Source: Deltaproteobacteria bacterium UBA7527 (GTDB lineage Bacteria > Desulfobacterota > Syntrophorhabdia > Syntrophorhabdales > Syntrophorhabdaceae). Taken from it: 32,000 nucleotides of DNA. The notes under the pieces were generated by a model. It was not told the origin of the DNA and ran no database searches. It was given only the letters and a program-made list of their open reading frames with translations. The stretch covers positions 37,596-69,595 of the forward strand of contig DLMV01000005.1 in the NCBI GenBank assembly GCA_002478225.1, read 5' to 3'. The first letter of the stretch is position 1; every line of letters begins with the position of its first letter. Below are positions 6,894-13,780 of this stretch, one piece after another. The position numbers were made by a program, and so were the translations under genes.

Positions 6894-8300
6894 ATGAAAG
6901 AACTCCGGATAAAAGACATGAGATGGTTTCTTGAAGACGAAGGGCTCTCAGACGTACTGGAACAGCTGCCGGAAGTATCTGACACGCGGAGGCATTATGT
7001 TACCGTGCCCTATAAGGACGGAAAGCTCTTTATAAAGACCTTTGTTGAGAAAGGGGCCCTTGGCGCGCTGAGGAACAGGACCATTCCCAGGGGTCGGAAG
7101 GAATACGAGACAGGGAAACGGCTGGCCTCGATCGCGATAAGGACGCCGGGGTGTCTTGGTTACGGGGTCGGCAGGAACCGCTCCTGCGTGATCCAGGATT
7201 GGATCGACGGAGAGGGCTTTGTCCATGTGTTCTTCCGGCATGGGTACCGGGAAAGACTGATCCCGGCGCTTGCAGAGCTTCTTAAGAGGTTGAAGGAGAA
7301 AGGCGTCTGTCATAACGACCTCCATCTCGACAATGTGCTTGTATCCGGAGATGAGCTGTATCTTATCGACCTCCACAAGACGAAGATGAAGGGCGCCTTT
7401 GGCGACAACGATGAACTTTCCAACCTGACCCACGCCCTTACCATGATCTATGAGGATCTCAGCGAGAAAGAGAAGGCGCACTTTTTTGAATTGTATGGAA
7501 ACAAGGCGATACAGAAGGGCGTTGAAGGGGAGATAGAAAGGTTAAGAAAAAAGTGGATCGAGAACAAGAAGAGAAGGGCATTCCAGGAGACCTCCAAGAT
7601 CGTACGCAGAGGAGAGCGCCTCTACATTGCGGGAATGGAAGGCCGCGGCAGAGGCGGCGCATTCGTTGAAACGATCAAAAGCGACAGGAAGGTAAAGGTC
7701 GAGCGATACAGCGACCACATCAGGAAGATATACAGAGGGAGAAGGCGCTTAGAGCGGGCGTGGAAGAACCATATCGTCCTCCTGTATCTTAATGCAGCGA
7801 TCATCCCTCGGGCGTATTATGTGAAGCTGCCTTCGCTTTTCTCAGACGGCTTCATCGCAATGGAGGATCTCGGGAGCCAGGGGAGGGAGCTCGACAGGCA
7901 TCTTGACGGCTTCTATGATGGCCTGGACATTGGCCGAAGGCGCAGATTCATTGATGCCTTCTCGGCGTTCATGAAAAGGGTCATCGCGCAGGGCATCATG
8001 CATAACGACATGAAGGGCTGCAACATCTTCGTGGTGAACAACGATCAATTTTTCTTTCTCGATGTTGAGGATATGGCTTTTGGCGATATAGATGAGGCAG
8101 TCTTGCTGAGGATGTTCGTGCAGTTAAATAATACGATACCGAAAAGGATCGCTGTCAGCGACAGGCTGAGGTTCTTCGCAAGACTGACCGGATCTCTGAA
8201 CATTGACAGGAAGAGGGTCCTTAAAAAGGTCGTCGAAGAGTCCCTCAAGGGCGAGATAGTCTATGAAGGACTGACGGGACTGAAAGAAGAGAAGTGGTAA
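6894..8300 (+). CDS. Lipopolysaccharide kinase (Kdo/WaaP/InaA) family protein with two tandem kinase-like domains
   Basis: 468-aa ORF. The first catalytic-loop-like motif is GVCHNDLHLDNVLV..LYLIDLH. The second is GIMHNDMKGCNIFV..FFFLDVED, about 240 residues later. The start lies 8 nt after the preceding stop. Confidence 0.75.
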   Translation: MKELRIKDMRWFLEDEGLSDVLEQLPEVSDTRRHYVTVPYKDGKLFIKTFVEKGALGALRNRTIPRGRKEYETGKRLASIAIRTPGCLGYGVGRNRSCVIQDWIDGEGFVHVFFRHGYRERLIPALAELLKRLKEKGVCHNDLHLDNVLVSGDELYLIDLHKTKMKGAFGDNDELSNLTHALTMIYEDLSEKEKAHFFELYGNKAIQKGVEGEIERLRKKWIENKKRRAFQETSKIVRRGERLYIAGMEGRGRGGAFVETIKSDRKVKVERYSDHIRKIYRGRRRLERAWKNHIVLLYLNAAIIPRAYYVKLPSLFSDGFIAMEDLGSQGRELDRHLDGFYDGLDIGRRRRFIDAFSAFMKRVIAQGIMHNDMKGCNIFVVNNDQFFFLDVEDMAFGDIDEAVLLRMFVQLNNTIPKRIAVSDRLRFFARLTGSLNIDRKRVLKKVVEESLKGEIVYEGLTGLKEEKW

Positions 8301-8420
8301 GGCTTGTTGCCCAAATCTTGTATTCGCAGGAACACTGTTTCGCTCAATGCTCCGCTGCGCTTTTTACCCACTTGATGGCTCGAAGTCGCGATTCGCGCAA
8401 AGCTCCTTCCTGCTCATTAT
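8301..8420 (+). repeat. Interspersed intergenic repeat, short copy (B)
   Basis: It begins on the nucleotide after the kinase stop codon (8298-8300). See copy A at 2645-2893 for the alignment. Confidence 0.7.
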
Positions 8421-8442
8421 GCAGTTTATTTAAGCAACAGCC

Positions 8443-8477
8443 CGTCTTACTTCGAACCCCGAACCGTGAACCGCTGC
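8443..8477. repeat. Short heptamer array CNNNGAA
   Basis: CGTCTTA CTTCGAA CCCCGAA CCGTGAA CCGCTGC. It shares CTTAC and CTTCGAAC with the 457-477 part of the first array. Confidence 0.55.
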
Positions 8478-8485
8478 ATAGGGGT

Positions 8486-9508
8486 CTAACCGCGTTCCCC
8501 TGCAAGTGTTGAGACCGCGTCGAAGATGTTTCCTTCTGCGTGCTTGGAGGCGCTGACCAGCCGGAAGGTCCCTACCGGCATGTCGCCTTCCTCCCACGAG
8601 ATCCTCAGGCCCTGTTCTTCAAATCCCTTGATATTATTGCGTTTGTGGCCGAGCAGATGCGGGACGTCCCTCTTGTTGAGAATGACCGTTACCTTTCCCT
8701 TCATCGATGCACGTTCAACGGCTGTCTGGACGGCACAATAGAATCCGTGAGATTTTACCAGGTAGCCGAAGGCAGGATGATAATAGCCGGCCACGATCCT
8801 CTCTTTCAGGACCTCATTATCAGTGAGGCCCATCTTGACGACCTTTATATCAAGGCGAAGCGCATTGAGATAGATATAGAGCGCCCTTTCAAGTACCTCA
8901 CTGGATCCGATGGGGATGAATTTCTTCTCTTCATAAAGGTCGCAAAGGGGGGTTCCTTTCAAAACGGCAAGAGGATAGATCCTTATATAATTGGGTTTGA
9001 GAAGGGCCATGTTCGCAACGGTCTCCCTGATGTCATCAAACGATTCATCCGGCAGGCCCACCATGAATTGGAGGGCGACTTGGAACCCTTTGCCCTTCAG
9101 GATATTAAAGGCCAGCAAGAGGTCTTCGGCGGTGTGCTTCCTGTTGAGGTTTCTGAGAATAGTATTGTTAAAAGAAGGTACCCCGAGCTCGACAACGGTC
9201 ACGCGCTGTTCTTTGAGAATATCGATCAGATCTTCGTTGAGCGGTGCAGGTTTTGTGGAGATCCTGAAATTTGTTATCTTGTCCCGGTAATCATCAAAAT
9301 GTCCGAACAATCGCTTGAGGCGATCAAGGCTTAAACCGAATATGTTCCCGCCGAAGAGGCCAACCTCATAGGCGCCTTCCTTCTGCTGAAGAGCTGTTTG
9401 TATCAAGCGTCGGATGTCAGCATCGTTTTGAGCAGTAATGTATCCCTGATCGCAGTAGATGCAGCGGTCATGACAGCCAAGATGGGTGAGAAATATCGGG
9501 ACTATCAT
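8486..9508 (-). CDS. Radical SAM protein, ELP3/MiaB/NifB-like core without an acetyltransferase domain
   Basis: 340-aa ORF with a CxxxCxxC cluster motif at C12-C16-C19 (GCHDRCIYC). The start lies 5 nt after the rnc stop. Confidence 0.85.
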   Translation of the reverse strand: MIVPIFLTHLGCHDRCIYCDQGYITAQNDADIRRLIQTALQQKEGAYEVGLFGGNIFGLSLDRLKRLFGHFDDYRDKITNFRISTKPAPLNEDLIDILKEQRVTVVELGVPSFNNTILRNLNRKHTAEDLLLAFNILKGKGFQVALQFMVGLPDESFDDIRETVANMALLKPNYIRIYPLAVLKGTPLCDLYEEKKFIPIGSSEVLERALYIYLNALRLDIKVVKMGLTDNEVLKERIVAGYYHPAFGYLVKSHGFYCAVQTAVERASMKGKVTVILNKRDVPHLLGHKRNNIKGFEEQGLRISWEEGDMPVGTFRLVSASKHAEGNIFDAVSTLAGERG

Positions 9509-9513
9509 GATGA

Positions 9514-10191
9514 CTACTGTTTCTGTTCTTCGCTCCGGAGCTGGTTCAGGAGAGCCCTTGCCGCGTTTTGTTCCGCCTCTTTTTTGCTTTTTCCTGTGCC
9601 CTTTGCGCGAAATTCTTTCCCGACGTGGACGGATACGGCAAAGCCTTCCTTTATTTTTCGTGTAAATTTATACTTTGGGAGAAGCCCCCATTGTTTCTGG
9701 GAGTATTCCTGGAGGATGTTTTTCGGGTTCTTCTCGGTCAGCTTTTCTTCATTGAAATAAGGAAGGAAGAACTCTTTTATTACCTTTGTTACCTTACGCA
9801 TGCCGCCATCGAGGTAGATGGCGCCGATAAGTGATTCGAGCATGTTTGATAAGACCTTGGACTCTTCCGGCACGTTGTTTTCGCCGTTGCCGTAGGCCAT
9901 ATGTTTCCACAGATCTATCTTGTTTGCTATTTCCGTAAGGGTTTCCCGTTTAACGAGACTTGACCGGGCATTGCTGAGAAACCCCTCGTCTCTTTCCCGG
10001 TATCTTTTATAGAGGAGTATGCTGATCACGCTGTTCAGTATGGCATCACCGAGGTACTCGAGCTTTTCATTTTGCGATTGCCGGGATCCCTTTTTTTCAT
10101 TGAACCAGGAGCTGTGGGTAATTGCTTCGTGGAGCAGGCCTTTGTTCTTGAATACGTAATGAACGGTTTTTTCTAAGGAGGTGGGATGCAT
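9514..10191 (-). CDS. rnc: Ribonuclease III
   Basis: It carries the signature EKLEYLGDAIL, the catalytic-region motif NMLESLIGAIYLDGG and the C-terminal dsRBD KNILQEYSQK..AKGTGKSKKEAEQNAARALL. I took the ATG at 10191; the ORF track uses an upstream TTG at 10200. Neither has a clear SD. Confidence 0.9.
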   Translation of the reverse strand: MHPTSLEKTVHYVFKNKGLLHEAITHSSWFNEKKGSRQSQNEKLEYLGDAILNSVISILLYKRYRERDEGFLSNARSSLVKRETLTEIANKIDLWKHMAYGNGENNVPEESKVLSNMLESLIGAIYLDGGMRKVTKVIKEFFLPYFNEEKLTEKNPKNILQEYSQKQWGLLPKYKFTRKIKEGFAVSVHVGKEFRAKGTGKSKKEAEQNAARALLNQLRSEEQKQ

Positions 10192-10207
10192 AACGCGCAA
10201 CTTGGAG

Positions 10208-10270
10208 TAGCGAGCAAAGAGCAGAGAGGGTGAAATTGTTTTTTCAAACTCTCCGCTCTATGCTCTTAGC
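10208..10270. repeat. Opposed GCNNAGA/CTCTNNG heptamer arrays forming a long hairpin in the acs-rnc intergenic region
   Basis: GAGCAAAGAGCAGAGAG (10212-10228) pairs with CTCTCCGCTCTATGCTC (10249-10265) at 15 of 17 positions. On the minus-strand RNA this is 16 of 17 including one G-U. An inner TGAAA/TTTCA stem (10231-10235 with 10242-10246) closes a 6-nt loop. Confidence 0.7.
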
Positions 10271-10276
10271 TCCATA

Positions 10277-11857
10277 CTATATCTTAAACGCCTCTTCTCT
10301 TCCTGAGTACTGTTTTCTCAATTTTGGTTTTTCTATCTTGCCCGTCGGGTTCCTTGGTACTTCTCCGAAGAAGACCTTCCTCGGCCTCTTGTATTTGGGG
10401 AGCCCTTCGCAGAATTTCAGGACATCTTCCTCGGTCAGTTTCTTGCCGGGCACAACGTCAACGATAACAGCGACGATCTCGCCGAGCCGCTCATCAGGCA
10501 GCCCGATCGCTGCAATGTCTTTTACATTCGGATTTGTGTGAAGGAAATCTTCGACCTCGACAGGGAAGACATTCTCGCCGCCGGTGATGATGACATCTTT
10601 CTTCCTGTCAACGAGCCAGATAAAGCCGTCCTCATCCTCCCGCGCCATGTCGCCGGTATAGAGCCACCCGTTTACCAGCGTCTTTGCCGTTGCTTCAGGA
10701 TTTTTGTAGTATTCTCTCATAACCCCGTCGCCGCGGACAATAAGCTCTCCCGGTTCACCCTTCTTTACGTCCTTACCGTTCTCGTCAACTATGCGCGTTT
10801 CCCAGTTGAACCCGGGCCTGCCGATAGAGCCTATCTTGTGCTCGTTGCCGATGCCAAGGTGTACGCAGCCTGGACCGGTGGATTCGCTGAGCCCGTAGTT
10901 CGTGTCATACTGCATGTTGGGAAAGTATTTTTTCCAGTGCTTGATAAGCGCCGGCGGAACTGGCTGCGCCCCTATATGCATGAGCCGCCACTGATCAAGC
11001 TTGTAGTTGGAAAGCTTGAGCTCGCCGCTGTCGAGCTTCAGGAGTATATCCTGGGCCCATGGAACGAGCAGGAAGATATGAGTTCCCTTTTCTTCGCTGA
11101 TCGCTTCAAGGGTCCATTCCGGTGAGACGCCTTTCAGGAGCACGCCTTTTGCTCCTACGATGAAACTCCCGAACCAGTGCATCTTTGCGCCCGTATGGTA
11201 GAGCGGCGGGATAAGGATGAACACGTCGTTCTTTCTCTGCCAGTGGTGGGCATTCTCTGTGATGCATGCAGACACCATGTTCTTGTGGGTCAGAAGGATC
11301 GGCTTTGGCTGACCTGTTGTGCCGGATGTAAAATAAAGGCCGCAGGGGTCAGCAAAGCTGATCTCTAGGTCAAGCGGTGTCGATTTGGCGGCATCAACAA
11401 GTTTCCTGAATGATTCCGAATAGGCAGGAATGTTCTGCCCCACGCAGATAAAGTGTTTCACTGTCGGGAGCTGGTCCTTTATTGCATCGATCCTTTTTGC
11501 GAACTCTTCGTCATACACGACGACCGTTGGCTCTGCCACGTCGCAGCAATATTTCACGTCTTCGGCAGTAAAACGGAAGTTAAGCGGCACCACCCAGGCG
11601 CCTGTCCGGACGATCCCGAAGTATGCGACGAGCCAGTCGATAGAATTCATCATAAAATGAATGATCTTATCGCCCTTTTTCACCCCTTTTGCTACAAGGA
11701 CATTGGCAAATTGGTTTGCCTGATCGTCAAATTGTTTCCATGTAAACTCTACCCTTTTCTTTTCAGCAGGCACCCTCTCGACAAGCGCTACGTCATTCGG
11801 AAATCTGCGCGCATTTCTCGCAAGGACCTCGCCTATATGGACATATATGTCACCCAT
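10277..11857 (-). CDS. AMP-forming acyl-CoA synthetase (class I adenylate-forming enzyme)
   Basis: 526-aa ORF with a strong AAGGAGGG SD. Motifs are YFTSGTTGQPK, YGLSESTG, YTGDMARED, VDRKKDVIITGGENVFP and PRNPTGKIEKPKLR. Confidence 0.9.
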   Translation of the reverse strand: MGDIYVHIGEVLARNARRFPNDVALVERVPAEKKRVEFTWKQFDDQANQFANVLVAKGVKKGDKIIHFMMNSIDWLVAYFGIVRTGAWVVPLNFRFTAEDVKYCCDVAEPTVVVYDEEFAKRIDAIKDQLPTVKHFICVGQNIPAYSESFRKLVDAAKSTPLDLEISFADPCGLYFTSGTTGQPKPILLTHKNMVSACITENAHHWQRKNDVFILIPPLYHTGAKMHWFGSFIVGAKGVLLKGVSPEWTLEAISEEKGTHIFLLVPWAQDILLKLDSGELKLSNYKLDQWRLMHIGAQPVPPALIKHWKKYFPNMQYDTNYGLSESTGPGCVHLGIGNEHKIGSIGRPGFNWETRIVDENGKDVKKGEPGELIVRGDGVMREYYKNPEATAKTLVNGWLYTGDMAREDEDGFIWLVDRKKDVIITGGENVFPVEVEDFLHTNPNVKDIAAIGLPDERLGEIVAVIVDVVPGKKLTEEDVLKFCEGLPKYKRPRKVFFGEVPRNPTGKIEKPKLRKQYSGREEAFKI

Positions 11858-11890
11858 TGTTGCTCCCTCCTTAAGTTATCAGGTAATTTT

Positions 11891-11923
11891 AGTGTTGACA
11901 AATAACACTGTTCAATTTATCAT
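11891..11923 (+). promoter_or_regulatory. Near-consensus promoter with a palindromic operator overlapping the -35 box
   Basis: TTGACA (11895-11900), a 17-nt spacer, then TATCAT (11918-11923). The inverted repeat AGTGTT-N7-AACACT (11891-11909) straddles the -35 box. Downstream are the AAGGAGG SD (11964-11970) and the ATG at 11976. Confidence 0.55.
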
Positions 11924-11975
11924 GCTAAAAATCGTAAAGCAATATAAAAACACACAGGGGTAAAAGGAGGGTATT

Positions 11976-13574
11976 ATGAATTTTGCAATGTTTTCGGGGC
12001 TAAATGCCAGCAAATTTCCCAAGAGAGAGTTCATTATCGAGAGCTATCCGTCGAAGAAGGCCCGGCGTAGCCTCACATGGGAAGAGTTCAACGACCAGGC
12101 GAACAAGGTCGCCAACTACCTGATGAAGGATTGTGGTGTCAAAAAAGGCGATATCGTCTGTCATCTTATGATGAACTCGATGGAATGGTACGCGAGCTAC
12201 ATAGGGGTGCTGAAAACAGGTGCGACCGTAACACCTCTTAACTTCCGTTTCGCAAGCGCAGATATCAAATACGCAGCGGACGTTACAAAATGCAAGGTCT
12301 TCATGTTCGGCGAGCAGTTCAACGCAAGGATGGAGCCGATCATGAAAGAGATGGATTACTGCAAGCACTTCATCTGTCTCGGCAACGCTATACCAGCAGG
12401 CGTAAAGTCCTACAACGAGATCCTTGAAAAAGGTGACAGGTCAGAGGTCTGCGTCGAAACGAACGACGACGATATGGCAGAGCTTATGTTCACATCAGGT
12501 ACAACAGGCGCGCCGAAACCCGTTTCCCACACACACAAGACGCTCTTCTTTATCGGTATAGGCAACGCCCTAACCTATAATGAGGGCTATAACAGCGTGT
12601 ATCTGGCGCCGCACCCGTACTATCACAGCGGCACGCTCTTCCTTTCCTTTCCGTGCTACATAGCGGCAGGAAAGGTATTGATGCCGATGGAGCTGCAGCC
12701 GGAATTCTATTTACAGTCAATCGCAGAGGAAAAATGCACCGGCGGCTGGAATACCGTCCCTACATGGTCGGACGTGATCAATGCCATCAAATCAGGCCAG
12801 GTAGACCTCAAAAAATATGATCTTTCCGCCCTTTCACATATAGAGATCGGCGCACAACCCGTTCCTTACATCCTCCTTGAGGATTCGAAGAAGATCTTCC
12901 CCAAGCTCCCGATAGCAAACATCTATGGCATTACAGAGGGCGGCGGCGGCGGACTCACGAACTGCTACGATGAAGACATCATGAAAAAACCCGGTTCCAT
13001 TGGAAAGGCAACAGCTTTTATGGAGGCAAAGGTTGTTGACAGCGAAGGCAAAGAGCTTCCTCCCGGAGGGGTTGGTGAACTGCTCCTCAAGGGACCGCGG
13101 CTTATGAAAGAGTATGCCTTCAATCCTGAGATGACGGCAAAAACGATCAAAGACGGCTGGCTCTATACCGGGGACCTTGCGTACAAAGACGAGGAAGGCT
13201 TCATCTTTTTTGCCGACAGGGCAAAAGACCTCATTATCAGGGGCGGCGAGAACATCTTCCCGGCTGAGATAGAAGACGTCCTGAGGAAGCACCCCAAGAT
13301 CCAGGACGTTGCCGTGCTCGGTTATCCTCACCCGAGGCTTGTGGAGATTGTTATGGCGATCATTCAGCCGAAGGAAGGGCAGACGATTACAGATGACGAG
13401 GTCATCAACTTCGTGAAAGAAAAAGGTATGGCCAAGTACAAATGGCCTGAGAAGATGGTGTACACCGCTATCCCGAGAAACCCGGCAGGAAAGATAGAGA
13501 AGCCGAAGCTGCGAGACATCTATGTAAAACCGGCTAAAGAGGCAATGGAAAAGGAATTCAAGAAACAGTCGTAA
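11976..13574 (+). CDS. AMP-forming acyl-CoA synthetase, paralogue of the divergent neighbour
   Basis: 532-aa ORF. Motifs are MFTSGTTGAPK, YGITEGGGGG, YTGDLAYKDEEG, ADRAKDLIIRGGENIFP and PRNPAGKIEKPKLR. The N-terminal 120 residues align clearly with those of ORF 10277-11857. Confidence 0.9.
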   Translation: MNFAMFSGLNASKFPKREFIIESYPSKKARRSLTWEEFNDQANKVANYLMKDCGVKKGDIVCHLMMNSMEWYASYIGVLKTGATVTPLNFRFASADIKYAADVTKCKVFMFGEQFNARMEPIMKEMDYCKHFICLGNAIPAGVKSYNEILEKGDRSEVCVETNDDDMAELMFTSGTTGAPKPVSHTHKTLFFIGIGNALTYNEGYNSVYLAPHPYYHSGTLFLSFPCYIAAGKVLMPMELQPEFYLQSIAEEKCTGGWNTVPTWSDVINAIKSGQVDLKKYDLSALSHIEIGAQPVPYILLEDSKKIFPKLPIANIYGITEGGGGGLTNCYDEDIMKKPGSIGKATAFMEAKVVDSEGKELPPGGVGELLLKGPRLMKEYAFNPEMTAKTIKDGWLYTGDLAYKDEEGFIFFADRAKDLIIRGGENIFPAEIEDVLRKHPKIQDVAVLGYPHPRLVEIVMAIIQPKEGQTITDDEVINFVKEKGMAKYKWPEKMVYTAIPRNPAGKIEKPKLRDIYVKPAKEAMEKEFKKQS

Positions 13575-13600
13575 TACACGCACCCAATTACGCGGAACAC

Positions 13601-13630
13601 AAAACGCCCGCCACTCAGGCGGGCGTTTTC
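13601..13630. terminator. Bidirectional rho-independent terminator
   Basis: AAAACGCCCGCC-ACTCA-GGCGGGCGTTTT has a perfect 9-bp GC-rich stem (13604-13612 with 13618-13626), or 12 bp including the A/T flanks. The A-run upstream and T-run downstream could serve both convergent genes. Confidence 0.75.
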
Positions 13631-13780
13631 ATGTTTTCGCTGATAGCCAATCATCAATCAACCCGCAACCACTAACAGCTCTTTTTTTCAGCTTTGTGCT
13701 GTATTTCTCGCGGAACGCCCATCTCATTAAGCGGAACGCATCACAGGTGTATCGCTGTAAGCCATGAACGATGAGCTTTT

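Noticed and set aside
8540-9334. 264-aa plus-strand ORF opposite the radical SAM gene
   Set aside because: The minus-strand frame carries the CxxxCxxC motif and is coupled to rnc. The plus-strand product has no recognisable features.
12834-13583. 249-aa minus-strand ORF opposite acs2, and likewise 10538-11125 opposite acs1
   Set aside because: Both are antisense to genes that carry all the AMP-binding motifs. They are shadow ORFs.
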